A DNA stretch of 47,764 nucleotides, filler included, from Jimgerdemannia flammicorona (lineage: Eukaryota), in NCBI GenBank assembly GCA_003990765.1. It is 2 parts of 2 records of this genome, joined end to end, with 100 filler letters (N's around TTAATTAATTAA, not from the genome) between each part and the next. Parts side by side here need not be neighbours in the genome. Positions count along the whole stretch, not along the records: positions 1 to 23,832 come from RBNJ01001056.1; 1 more part is not named here. One strand, 5' to 3'. Below are positions 1 to 12,679 of the stretch, one piece after another. The notes beneath the pieces are model-generated. The model was not told where the DNA came from and searched no databases. It saw only the letters and a list, made by a program, of their open reading frames with translations. A program made the translations under genes and the position numbers. Numbering within the stretch: the stretch's first letter is position 1; each line of letters starts with the position of its first letter.

Positions 1-689
1 ATAGCAGTCTAAGTAACTAAAAAAAAAAAAAAAACTTCTCTTGACTGGTGTGGGTTTTAGTCTACTTAGTGATAATTCTATTGACTTATTCTGCTTGAGT
101 CTGAAGAGTATCTAGGGTGAAAGTATTCCTTGGCTATCACTATCAATATTAGTAATATTGACTAGTATCTGGTTGTCTATAATTCTTGAAGGGAGATTGC
201 TTGTGGGTGGAGAGAAACTATCTACTACTACCAAATTATAATAAAACTATATCAATAGAATTACTATATTGTAAATAATCAATAGTAACTATTGACCCTA
301 AGTTCTGAGTTCTTGAGAAAGTACTGAGTTCTGAATTATCTATTATAATAAAGTCCTAGTATCACTTTCAGGTTTGACTAGATGTAGGAGGCCATACTTG
401 TATCCTAAGTTAATCAGGCTTAGAATTGTTAACAAGTCAAATCTGAGATTTTTGTAGTAAGAATACTACTTATTTTTTATATTCAGAGAAAGTAGAGCTG
501 AGATTACAATTCACTCAGTATATAGAGTATTTATACATATTCAAAGTTATGATTAAATATGGTGTGCTAGATATATCTATATATAGTTATGCTACTTTGG
601 GTAACTATAACTGCTAGTTAGAAATTCTGTAGGAATTTCTATAGGAATTTCTATTGAAATTCCAGAGGCTTATAATGATTTGTTATAGT

Positions 690-894
690 GATAATAAAAT
701 AGCCACCTCAATACAGATACTCAAAAGAGGATCTAAGAGAATTTCTTAATAGGATTAAAGAAATAGCAACTTTAAAAAATCTCTCTACTCAGAGAAAAGT
801 CACTATCTTTAAAGTCTAACTTAGAGAACTAACCAAGGGAATTTTCAACTAAGTAGCAAATAATATATATATAGACCTTAAAGCAGTCATCTAT
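690..894 (+). pseudogene. Ty3/gypsy gag fragment, same family as the minus-strand element at 2897-9257; interrupted by the LTR at 895
   Basis: Reads ...EDLREFLNRIKEIATLKNLSTQRKVTIFKV*LRELTKGIF, clearly homologous to EDPREFLNRIEGITALKNLSLKRKIVIYKVQLKEPVKGIF at 7265-7400(-). Confidence 0.75.
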
Positions 895-1352
895 TGTGAT
901 GGTACAGCCAGATTTGGAAGAAGAAAATAGGGAATAGACACTTGATCGCACCTATTCCCAAAGTAGTATAGCATTATAGTTAGCAGTCCTCGATTTCGAC
1001 ATTGTCTAAATTCTTAGACATTATCCAAATCGGATACCCTGATTTAGTATAGCATTTAGACATTGTCCAAATGTTTCGACAAAGTCCAAATGACTCATTT
1101 ATTACTTAGCCACCCTCTCATAGCTAGCAAACTTGTATAAATAACCCAGTATCTTCAAGTGAATAAACCTCAGATCGAAATAGTTCAAAGCAAAGAGATA
1201 GCAAAGGAACTAGTAAGCCTGCGGGCAGATACACTTCGAACTCACCCACCCTCCCCTGCAACTTCAAGAGACTCTGCGAGAGTCAGAACAGTCAAGTTTT
1301 CAAGATACAGAAATCCGACGTACTTTCAAGAGTAAGCATCCGCTACATTACA
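895..1352 (+). repeat. 5' LTR (458 bp), near-identical to 47282-47758
   Basis: Starts TGTGA and ends TTACA. TATAAATA at ~1136 and AATAAA at ~1162. Direct alignment with the copy at the window end. Confidence 0.92.
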
Positions 1353-1355
1353 ACT

Positions 1356-1372
1356 TGGTGCCCATTGGCTGG
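1356..1372 (+). promoter_or_regulatory. Primer-binding site (tRNA not assigned)
   Basis: TGGTGCCCATTGGCTGG, 3 nt after the LTR CA end. The same ACTTGG follows the LTR at 47758. Confidence 0.7.
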
Positions 1373-3894
1373 TGATTCAAGATGAATCTCTCACTTTCAA
1401 GCTGAACAACGAACAACCACCACTATCCGAACAACCATACAAACCGAGCCCCAATACCCAGACAAGATGGATATAAGACCACCAGTATTCTATGGATATA
1501 TCTCAGATGAATCAATCATCACCTTCATTGATGATTTCGAGTAGTATGCTGCTGTAAGGACTCTGACAGCAGCACAGCAAGTAGCCCTCATGCCCTTCAG
1601 CCTATGAGGCCCTGCCAGAGCAGCATTCACAGCCACAACCCATGCAGGAAACAATGCCGATGCTATACTGATAGCACAGAAGACCTGGCTCCAAAACACA
1701 TATTACACAGATGAGATCAAGCAAGCCCTGAAGGATCAGCTCAACACAACATGCCAAGGAATGAGTGAGGATCCAAACACATTCTATACCAGAATTCGAT
1801 ATCAGATAATCCTTGCAGATTATGCTGCTGCTACCCGAGATCAAGTAGCTGAAGCAACCTTCATGAAAGGAGTCCATCCAGAAATAGCCATGGCCATCTG
1901 CTCATCACCAGTGATTCTGGATCTGCCACAAAGGGTCACCTATGCTCAGCGATACTGGATAGCCAGACACCCACAAGACCATACAATAGAGAGAGTTACA
2001 GGAGTCAGAATTGAGGCACCCAAGGCAATCAGTGTGATCCCCACTACAATGATCAATTGAAACACACCTCAGCCAAAAGCTACTGAGTAGCAAAAGAACA
2101 GCGACCCTATGGAGGAACTTGCCAAAAGGTTTGCTGAAATGACTGCCCACCTGGGAGATATGGTAAAGAAAATCTGAGAAAGAGATCGCCGCTCTGTTCA
2201 GAAGTTTGCCACCACCTTAGACAAGAAGAAAGGTACCTGCTACAGCTGTGGAGAAGAAGGCCACTACTCCTATGAATATATGAGTGAAACCAAACGCAAG
2301 GCTCAACCAAGCAATGCCACACGAAACAAGGAGCAGGCCAATATAATTACCTTTGAGGAGATCAGAGATTCTGACAAAGAAGAATGGGAGGCCTATCCTG
2401 CTCAGACCACCAAGAAGGATGTTCGCAAAGATCCCTACAAGAGACCACCAGGAAGACCCAAGAAGAACCCAGTGGAAAAGCAGATGGAAACTACCACAGA
2501 AAGTCAAGCCGAAGAGATGGACCAGGATATTGAGCTGGAGCAAGCAGTTCAAGATATCATCCGAGGAACCACTCTAGCCAGTGAAGGAGAAAAAGAAAAA
2601 AAGCTTCACAAGACCAAGACCTTCAAGTATGATATCTTCAAGGATCTCAGTCAACAAAAGGTCAATGCAACCTTTGGTCAGCTTGCAGAAATCCCAACAT
2701 TCAGACAGCAAATGAGGTTTGGACTTGCCGAAACAACCAAGGAACAAGGATGGAAGATAACCAAGGCCAATAATGTTCAAGAGGACTCAGGAGAAGAAAG
2801 TGAGGACAATCGCAAAACATCTGCTTATGCAACATGCCAAATTGAGGATCGAGTCTTTGAAGCCATCATTGATATAGGAGCAGGAGGATGTCTCCTCAGA
2901 TCAGTAAACTATAAACTGAGTTCATTATTCTCTGAAAGGTGGAAGATATATTGCAAAGTCTAAAAGACATTCAGAGGTACTCAAACAGTTTTTCTATAAC
3001 AAGAAAGGCTGTCTTCTGAATGTTTTTAAGATTTATGGAGATCTTGTGAAATCCTGTAAAAAGATCCATACTGCTAAAGTATCTGGTATCTTGTAACTAG
3101 TCTAAGAGATCATTAATTCTGGGCAAAAGATAGGCATCCTTCTCAGTGACTGAATTGAGTTTTCTATAATCTATACAAAGTCTCTATCCTCCTTTCTTAG
3201 GTATAACAAATATAAGGCTGGCCCAGAGACTACTAGAGAGTCAGATGACTCTATTGTCTAAGAGTTCTTAAAAAATTCCTTTTTGAATATCTTTAGATAA
3301 TGGGATATTCTATAGAGTTTCTGCTAGATAGGTGTTATATCTCCTATATTTATACTATAGTGATCTGATAGATTATATAGCAGATTGTTATATTTAGTAG
3401 TGAAGATATCTTGATATTTGTTGAGGAGTTCTACTAGTTGTTGTTATTGCTGAGGTGTCAATTCTTCTCCAATATTAGTGAAAGACTTTACTGTCTTCTG
3501 GATCACATAGGGGCCTTTTCTTTCTTCTGAGACCTTTTTCCATTTCTTAATAGGTTTAGCTTATAGACTTCTCTGTGGGTTTGGTTGAGAAAGAGTACTA
3601 GATGTCCTATGATGATTTCTTTTAGTAAGATAATGCTTTCCCAGCTCTGGTTGATTGCTTAGGAGTATACTGGATTCATCTTGTCAGAGAATGTATATCT
3701 CTTGATATCTAGGTTTGGGATGTCTTCATTAAGTTCAAAGAAGAGGTTTCTGGGGTTGAGTGGTATAAATATTTTAAAGGTAGTTTACTCACTGGGCTCC
3801 AGTATGAGGTTCTTGTACAATTTGACTGATTGGTAATATACTTACTAGGGGAACATATTTCTTGAGATGGTTGACCTAGAGGAGATATACTTCT

Positions 3895-4310
3895 TTCTTA
3901 TCTGAGCTTCTAAATCCTTTGATTTGTCTTGTTTCTTCAGTCAGTTTGATGACTTCTTGTAATTGAGAAGTCTTGACCTTCATGAAGACTACTTGAGCAA
4001 TCTTCTATCCTCTAAGGATTCAGTGCCATTCTGTGTTACTATTATGGAGGATGATCTTGATTTTGTCTATATATCCTAAGTCTATAGTTTCTCTTTCTAC
4101 AGTTACTTCTTGTCTGGCAAGTCCAGATCTTGAGGTCATCTAAATATAAGTTCCTTTGGGTGGCTACATGACTAGTCCTGTCCTGAACATCAATATCCTT
4201 CCAGGTCTAATAGGTTCATCCTCCAGACTATAGAGATTATACCCTATATCCTCTTAGTGGGCTCTGATCAAGAGTTTGGCCTTGAGATGTAGCAGAATGT
4301 ACTGGGCAAT
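3895..4310 (-). pseudogene. Retroelement-encoded trimeric dUTPase domain (between protease and RT)
   Basis: DIGYNLYS..RTGLVM*PPKGTYI*MTSRSGLA..TIDLGYIDKIKIILHN..G*KIAQVVF..TRQIKGFRSSD: decayed versions of all five dUTPase motifs (AGYDL, RSG, GxIDxxYxG, IAQ, RGxxGFGSS). Confidence 0.88.
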
Positions 4311-7300
4311 ATTGTTGTTGAGTTTGAGCTAAAGCTTTACTAACAGAGAGTCTCCAGGCTCTGAGATTGAGGTGCAGCCATCTGACTCCAGTAGAGAGAT
4401 CTTGGTGATAGTTGATTTCTCTCTTTCTTGTAGGATCTAAGGCTTCTATAAAGTTGGTGACATCTTCTACCCATCCTTGGTAAGTTGTATATCTAATAAA
4501 AGCTAGGATATCTTCTCTTAAATTATAGATCTTGAGAGTTCTTCTTCCTGGTTTCTTGGCCTGACTTTTTCAGATCTGAGTTCTCTTTTGTCTCCTCTCT
4601 TTAGAGTGTAGACTATAACATCCTGGCTGAGGTGAATCTTCTGGTATCTGTAGTCTTGGTAGTCTGAGTGTCTTCTATAGTTGCAATATTCCATTGCTTA
4701 GAAATACTATTTTTGATTATTGATCTCTTGTTGTCTTGGGAATTGGTATCCATCTTGATCATAGATTGGAGAAAGGGAGGCCAAGAGATATACTTCTATT
4801 CAGATGAAAAGGCCTTATCCTCTAGCTTAGTTTTGTAACCTTGTAGTGACTTTCTGAAAGATGATTGACTATACAATTAAAGTTGAGAGTTCTGGCCTAC
4901 AAGGTTTTTTTTCTTATTAATCTAGTAAGTGGTACTGATAGTAGTAGTCTTGGGGAGAGTAGAAGACTATTTGATATAGACATCTTCCTAGCCAAAAGGC
5001 TATTTCTTGGTGTATTTCTTACTTTGGAATAATGGAGATTATACTGAATCCTTCTTCAATATTCCAGGGATCATTATCTTCAGATAGTATCCAGTGAGGG
5101 TCATCTTAGAGAATGAGTTCAGGGGCTCTTCCTGCTCAGAGACCTCTTTCTCAGAAGCCTCTTGCTCAGGGGTTTCTTCTTTTTCAGATGATTCTTGGCC
5201 CCAGATTGCTTGTACTTCTGCAGCTTCAGCTGTAGGTGTCTTTAGGATATGTCTGCATTTTTTCTTTCTTTTTCTGCACTCAGGGTAGGCTGTACCAGAC
5301 AAATTTTTATTCCAATGATCTTAGAGGAGTGCTTGGAGTACTTGTATCTTTTGAGACAGATAGGGTATCCTTTGATCTATCCTGAAATAGCTCTGATTGT
5401 AATAGGAATAATATTCCTGACCCACATATTATCTTCTGGTCTGTCATCTACTAGGTTGATTTGGAAATTGAGTCTGGGATCATTTCTATCTTCAGACTCT
5501 TCTTCCTCTTCTGTGGTAGATTCTTCACTATTGGTATATTTTTCCTAAATAGTGATCTTCTTCTTCTTCTTTAATTACTTATAGCTAGTTATCTTAACTC
5601 TATACTTCTTGCCTCAGTAGTCAAACTTGAGTACTTGTTGACTAATATCAATAACTATATTTATTTCTTTTATCCAGTTGGTGCCAAGAATCACATTATA
5701 GGTGATAGCTTCAGTGATAATAGCCTTTGGGATGGAAAACTGAATGTGTTCTAGAGAGATAGTAATATTTCATACTTCTCCAAGAGGTTGGGTTCAGGCT
5801 CTATCTGCTACTATGATGCTGAGGTTGGATGGTCCACCAATGAGCCATTAATAGGTATCCAGAAATCATTTGGCAATAATACAGATAGATATTCCTAAAT
5901 CTATGAGGATTTTCACCTTTTGTCCTCCAATATCTTTCTATAGCTTGAATAGAGGTGGGAGCTAGTTCTTACTGTGAGATTAGAACTCAGCCAGTACTAG
6001 ATCTAGTGATTCTCAACAATTTGTTTTGGACTCTAGCAGATATTAGTTGTAGAAACTGCAAAAGAAGAACTTCTATCTTGGCTTCTTGAATCTTTTGCCA
6101 GGCTTTATTATAGATATCTCTAGATATAATCTTCAGAGTATACTTCTTCTTGGACTTTAAGGTAGTAGGTTTCTGTTCTTCTTGCTTTATTTCTTTATCC
6201 TCTGAGAGTAGTTCATTCATTTTGGAGACAAAAGATAAGAGAGACTAGAGAGATATTTCTACTGACTCCTCTTTATGTTCTTTGTCTTCCTCTTGAATTC
6301 TCCTACTGGTATTCCTAGATGGTCTTCCTACAGGTCTCTTCCTTTTCTCTACTGAGTAGACTGTCTTTCTGGTGATGACTTTGGCTGGGTATAAGTCCAG
6401 ATCACTATAGTCTTTACTATTACTTTCTTCTTCAAAGTCTTTGACAGGATAGACTTCAGTCTTCTTGTACTGGATTTTATTTCTTCAATTTAGTAGTTCC
6501 GAGTCTCTTCAGTTACTTCTTTTGTTGTCATATTCAGTAGCATAGTATCTGAATTATTTACAGTAGAAGCACTGGACTTGAACTCTATTTTAGACAGAGT
6601 ATCTTCTTTTCTTCTACTGGTAGCTCTTATTATCTCTGAGTAGATAACCTTAGTTCCTTTGTAGTATATACCCTCTGTTGTCTTGTAGATAGCTTCAATT
6701 TTTACATATAGTGAGTTTTTTTATCTATCTCACTAATTGGTCTAGCTTGGAACTGAGGTCTTGAATTTCATTTCTATTTTTCTTTCATTCTTTGGCTAGC
6801 TTTCTTTCTTCAGATCTTTTCTGTCCTTAGAGGAGTCCTTATAGGGCTTTGACCAGAATGACTACTTTGTCATCTTTCTTATTATAGTTATTCTAGATAG
6901 TTTCTTATCTGACATCAAAAAATTCTTGAGCTATATCTACTTGCTCTTCAGACCTCTTTATATCTAGAATACAGACATACAGGGCAATGTTCAGCAGGAT
7001 CCCATTCATGAAGATCATTGGTCCTATAATGTCTTGGTTAGTGGTATTGAATCTAACTGTATATATTCTCTTTTAGATTCTTGTAAAGAATGCTCTGAGT
7101 GATTCTCTAAGATTCATCTTTATTCCCATTTTTTGAGCCTTATAATAGGTCTCATTTTCTGCATACTTCTCAATGAGCCAATGAGTCATGGCTTTATACT
7201 CTACTAGCCAAGTTAGTACTATATTGATGGCTGCTCTAAGATCTGAATGTAAATAATTTCTTACTTAGGTGAAAATTCCTTTGACTGGTTCTTTGAGTTG

Positions 7301-8051
7301 GACCTTATAGATGACAATTTTTCTTTTAAGAGAGAGGTTCTTCAGAGCTGTAATTCCTTCAATTCTATTAAGAAATTCTCTTGGATCTTCTTCTAGGTAT
7401 CTTGTAAAGATTGATAATAGAGTGACTATTTTATCATCACTATCTTCTGATTCTAGTTCTGACTCTGATTCTAGTTCTGATACTAGTTCTGATACTAATT
7501 CCAATGCTGATTCTGATTCTGATTCTGATTTACTTTCTGAGTTGTTACTAGAGTTCAGGATACTTAGGTATTCTGAGGATAGTGTTGAAGATCTTGGACA
7601 AGGTAGAATAGGTCTGAGTATCCTTGAAGGAGTACTCTCTGATCTTCTTATTCTATAATAGCTGGTGGTAGAGATTCAATAGGTGAAATTGGTGGGTCTC
7701 CTACAGAAAGTTGGGCTTATATAATGAGATCTTCTAGTTCTTAAGCAATTTAGTCAAAGTTGACAGTAAGGCTGTCTGTATAATCTGGTTGGTCTAGTAG
7801 GAAGTCTGTTGGTACTGGCTAAGGATTCTGTACTATGCTGGCTTCCTGTTGAGATCTTTCTGATACTGGATAGTTATCAAGTCTTGAATTAATTACTTCT
7901 CTTCCTGTCCAAATACTAGTAATGACTGATTCTTCTATAGTGGTAGAGATTGGTATTGTATCAAATGTATTCAGTTTTGACTATGGGTTCTTATGAGCTA
8001 AAAAGTTATATTGATTTTTGTTTGAGAGTTCTTATATAGATTTCAAAAATC

Positions 8052-8069
8052 TTCTCAGTTGAGCCCCCA
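8052..8069 (-). promoter_or_regulatory. tRNA-Pro-type primer-binding site
   Basis: Minus strand TGGGGGCTCAACTGAGAA, 2 nt from the LTR end. Resembles the canonical tRNA-Pro PBS TGGGGGCTCGTCCGGGA with C>T/G>A decay. Confidence 0.75.
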
Positions 8070-8071
8070 AA

Positions 8072-9257
8072 TGTAATATACTCAGCTTAATAGAGACAAA
8101 TTACAAGGTTGGAGATTGATGTAGTTTGGCTTGAGCCCTCAGTTACTTTGTCAAAAAGTGACAAAATGTTCTAATATTTCTGAGGTCCTTGGTATTTAGT
8201 AGTATAATAGTCAAAGCTGGATATCTATGAGTAATTCTGGTAATTTTCGTATTGAGATAATTCTTAGATATAGTAGTGATTTTATATGATGGTTTTTATA
8301 TAATATAATAATCTCCAAAAGTATACAATTTCTGATATGATAATCTCTATATAGTATGAGTGGATTCCTTATGTGATTTCTACATAATAATTTTATTTTC
8401 AAAAGTATGTAATTTTTGTAGATAATTTGATTTGGCACAGATTCTCCTGAATTGGTGGCTCTTTGGAAATATTGAGTAACTGATGACTCAGATAATTAGG
8501 TTGATAGAAAACTTAAAAATGATAGATAATACAGATTCTTTCTGAATCAGCAGACTTCTGGAAAATAACTTAAACAGTATAGATAATTTGGATAACTTGA
8601 ATAACTTAGGTAGCTTGGATAGTAGATTCTTGATAAGTTATGTCAAGGACTAGCTTTATTTGCATAGAATTACATTGTAGACTAACTCTACTGTAAAGTT
8701 ATATCAGAAGACTAGCTTGTGATAAGGTTTTTTAAGGTGAGCTCTCTGGGAATAGTAGGTTCTTGGCAAAGTTATATCAAGACTGGCTTTGTTTGCATAA
8801 ACAAGTTCACTACAAAGTTGTATTAAAAGACTGGCTTTATGGCAAGATGACAGACTTCTCTTGAAAAATGGCAGCTTATTTCTTAAATAGCAGATTACTC
8901 AAATGATGGCAAAGTTCTTTACTTGAACTTAAGCAGTAGAATACTTAGATTCTTCAGACTTATTTAATAAGTATAATAATCAATCTTTGTATTGGAAAGT
9001 GGACCAGAGTGAAAAGGGAAGCTATTGCTTTAGATTCAATTTTAGAGTGAGATTTATTCACTCTTGTCTCTGGGGTATTTTATATAGTTATAGTTATTAC
9101 CTGGTTGCTATCTGGTTAATTATAGAATATACTGTATGACTAAATATGATATATGACTTCTACTATACCCTCAGAGTATAATACCTTCAAGATATAGTAC
9201 CTTTGAGGTTCAGTTGTCTCAATCTAGGTATCTGGTACTATTTATATAGTTTTCACA
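8072..9257 (-). repeat. 5' LTR (~1.19 kb) of the minus-strand gypsy element
   Basis: Minus strand starts TGTGAAA and ends ATTACA, abutting the PBS. TATATAAAA ~9078-9086 and AATAAA ~9054-9059 on minus. Short internal repeats at 8645-8840. The distal boundary is inferred; there is no partner LTR in the window. Confidence 0.65.
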
Positions 9258-12009
9258 GTAAATAGATAACTATAAGAGTAACTATGATATATGAGGATTA
9301 TATTATCTGAGTATCTGATACTTATATTATATGCCACACTACTATTATTCAAAGGAAAAATCAAAGAACAAGAAATAGATATCCTTATTGATAATAGTAT
9401 ATCTGACAACTTTATCAGTAAAGAGCTAGTAAAGAAACTAAATATTATCTCTATCAGTTTATCATGATAAGTAGAGTTCAAGATTTCCATAGCTGATGGA
9501 GAAAAAAATCAAGTTAATAGAATGACAGCCAAGTTACTCTGTATAATATAAGAATACTTCAAAAAGTTAAATCTCTAAATTACATCTCTGTAAGAATACT
9601 ATATTATTCTAGAAAAACTCTGGTTAGTACTATATAATCCTAATATTGATTAGAGAGAAAACAAACTCATATTAATTAAAAAAGAAAAGAAGATCACACT
9701 AGAAGTAAAGAAGTTTATAAAAGTACTAATAAAAACCATATCTGTAATTCATTTCAAAAAGCTTTTCAAAAAGCATAAGCAAGTATTTCTGATAATTATA
9801 TGATCCTCTAAGTTAGAAATAAGAAAAGATCTCCCAAAGATAGTCTAATCTCTGGTTTAAGAATTCAAGAATATTTTCCAGATAACCTATATATAGGACT
9901 GCTACCCAAAAGGAGTATAGATCACAAAATCAAATTCTTTTAGACTCTGAACCTCTATATATTACTATATTCTATATTACAATCTGAACTAGAGCTCTTT
10001 TAAAAGGAACTAGAAGATCTAGCTACTAAAGAACACATTCAATCAAACAAAGTACCTTATAGTATATCTATTCTTTTTGTTAAGAAAAAATATAGTACTA
10101 TATAAAGATATATTAACTACTATACTCTCAATAAGATTATAGTCAAGAACTAGTATTTACTATTAAGAATAGATAAAATATTGAACAGATTTCTATATAC
10201 TAAGATCTTTTCCAAATTGAACCTTTGTACTGGTTATCATCAAGTCTATATCAAGAAAGAAGATATTTTTAAGATCATCTTCAAGACATACTATAGTTTA
10301 TGAGAATTCTTAGTTATGTTATTTAATTTTACCAATATATCACTAATCTTTTAGAAATTAATATAAAATATTCTGTGACTATATTTTAATACCTTTGTTA
10401 TTATCTATCTAGATAACATTTTGATATTTAGTATATTAGAAAGAGAATACTCTAAGTATCTCAGATAAATATTTGAAAAATTATAAAAAAATAAGCTTTA
10501 CTGTAAGCTAGCAAATATGTGTTTATTAAGAAGGAGATAGAATATCTTGGCTATATTATTTCAGCCAATAGTATTCAGCCTGATCTCAAAAAGATTCAAG
10601 CAGTCTCAGATTGACCTATTTCAGCAAATATCTATGATATTAGATCTTTCTTAAAACTATCTAAGTATTACTATCAATTTATTGAAAATTACTCTGATAT
10701 TGTCAAGTCTATAACTGAATTATTGAAGATCAGTAATCTATTTCAATAGACCTCTGCCTGCTAAGAGATATTTTAAATCCTGAAGATAAAGTTGTTAACT
10801 ATATCAATTCTATATAACCCAGATCCAGCTCTATAGTTTATAGTTACTACAGATATATCCAGATATATATATAATCAGTATAGTACTATCTCAAAATATA
10901 AGCAAAGGACCTCAGCTAGTTATATATTCTTTATAAAAACTGAATGAGGCTGAATAAAGATATATTACTTATGAAAAAGAACTTCTGGCTATCTGTAAAG
11001 TCCTATAAAATTGATAATATTATCTCAAAAACCAAGACTGATATCATCACTCATCATAAGTCACTTATATATCTTAACTCAGGTCCCTATCTATTTCCAA
11101 ATTGGACAAAATGGATTAAGTATATTTAAGCTTTTAATGTCAAAATTATCTATAAGTTAGATAAGATAAATATGATAGCTGATATCTTATCAAGAAGGCC
11201 CAATCTTAGTGCCATCAAAGTGACTCCAGACAAGACTCTTTTGGATAAACTAAAAGAAAGATACTACCAGAATCTAGTTACAAAAGAAATCCTTACAAAT
11301 TTATCAGAAGAATATAAGATTACTAATAGAATAATATACAAGAATAATAAAATATATATCTCAAATTTCAACAACATTTGCTTCAAGATTTTTAAGAAAA
11401 ATTATAACTCTCTTCTTACTAATTATATAGAATATTAGAAAACCATCCATAATATTCATTATTACTTCTTCTGATCTGTGATGAATTAAAATATCAAGGA
11501 ATATATATTGTGGCATTGGGTTTGTATCCCTAGTTCGCTTCAATGCATGGCTCAATGTACCACTTGGTGAAGTGCGCAATGGATGTGAGTGCGTTTGCAA
11601 TAGTTACGGGTCATTGGTCACATGATCGGGTCATTCGAAACGTGTGATAATAGCAGGAGATCATTGGACGATGGCTCAATTGTTTGATAATGAGGTCGTT
11701 CGATTGTTCAATGGCTCAATATCTAGTGGAAAAGGGTGTTCCTGGTAGTAATTAACTTGGCAGTGAACTTGAATTTATGTGGCAATGATGGGCTTGGCTT
11801 TAAGCAGTTTGTGGCGCAGTAGGTCGGGAAAACGGAGATTGATGGCTCGCTCGTCTGTCTTGACTTGTTAATTTGAAAGGTTCTGGGCAGTTGTTCGTGT
11901 AGGCTGGTGGGTCAGTCTTTGGCAGTCTAGTATCCTTTGGTTGGGTATCCTTGGGTTTCTGGGTCTTGAATCTCGAATAGCAGTGGTCAGGTAATGTTTT
12001 CTTTCCATA

Positions 12010-12299
12010 GCAAGAGAAAATTCTTTAACTCAAACCTCGAGTGATTGTTGCTCTAGTTATCTTGTTCTCAGAATTTATCCAATCTCTTGGAGGTAGTGGT
12101 TATTTCTCAAAACCAGTTGACTTGTGGGTGGTCTGTGGTCTTGAATCCTTTTTATAGCAGTAAAACTTGAAATTCAGGCGGCAAGAGAAATTCCTTAACT
12201 CAAACTTCCGAGTGTTCCATTGCTCTAGGTTGTTATCTTGTTCTCAGAATTTTCCAGTCTCTTGGAGGCAGTGGTTTCTTTTCTCAAAACCAGTTGACT
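12010..12299. repeat. Two ~115-bp direct repeats (12010-12122, 12181-12299)
   Basis: Both run GCAAGAGAAA..TTAACTCAAAC..TTATCTTGTTCTCAGAATTT..TCTCTTGGAGG..TCTCAAAACCAGTTGACT. Confidence 0.9.
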
Positions 12300-12679
12300 G
12301 AGGTTTATTCACTCTAAGAATATGGGTTATTTATACAAGTTTGCTAGCTATGGACGTGGCTAAGGTATACTACATTGTGGTGAACATTCACTATGCTATT
12401 GGCTTGCATGATGCGAGGTGCAGGCTATTGTTTACTACAGATTGGGTTGTAGGAGATAGCAATGCTGGATTCGGATGAGCAGACATAAATGCTGATTGTT
12501 GCCAAAAACAGTTGTGGAGGATAGCAATGCTGAAAATGGGTGTGACAATTGTTTATGACGAATTGGGATAAGATGAGTACTAGTGCTGGATATGGATGTT
12601 GTGAGTGGTATTGCTGAAAACCAGTGTTGCTGACTTGCTGACAAATGTTAGCTGACTGAGGAAATGGATGTGGGATCAC

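Larger units (their letters stand above)
895..2896 (+). mobile_element. Ty3/gypsy LTR retrotransposon, 5' part only (LTR, PBS, gag, zinc knuckle, start of protease); 3'-truncated
   Basis: TG..CA LTR followed by a TGG PBS. gag from ATG 1467 (MDIRPPVFYG..ITFIDDFE*YAA..) with stops. CYSCGEEGHYSYEY knuckle at ~2238. Protease motif FEAIIDIGAGG at ~2857-2890. Confidence 0.9.
2897..9257 (-). mobile_element. Ty3/gypsy element (LTR, tRNA-Pro PBS, gag, CCHC, protease, dUTPase, RT N-half); truncated within RT
   Basis: On the minus strand: gag ~7000-7440, CFYCK*FRYYATEY knuckle ~6530-6575, protease KVKILIDLGISICII..VILGTNW ~5620-5925, dUTPase ~3895-4310, RT RLCIDYRKLNSVTEKDAYLLPRINDLLD and KTAF..FEYL*MSFRLCN..STFQRIMN ~2900-3450. 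Confidence 0.9.

Noticed and set aside
1..690. Assignable element at the window start
   Set aside because: It is CpG-free and TE-like in composition, but I could not read any diagnostic motif.
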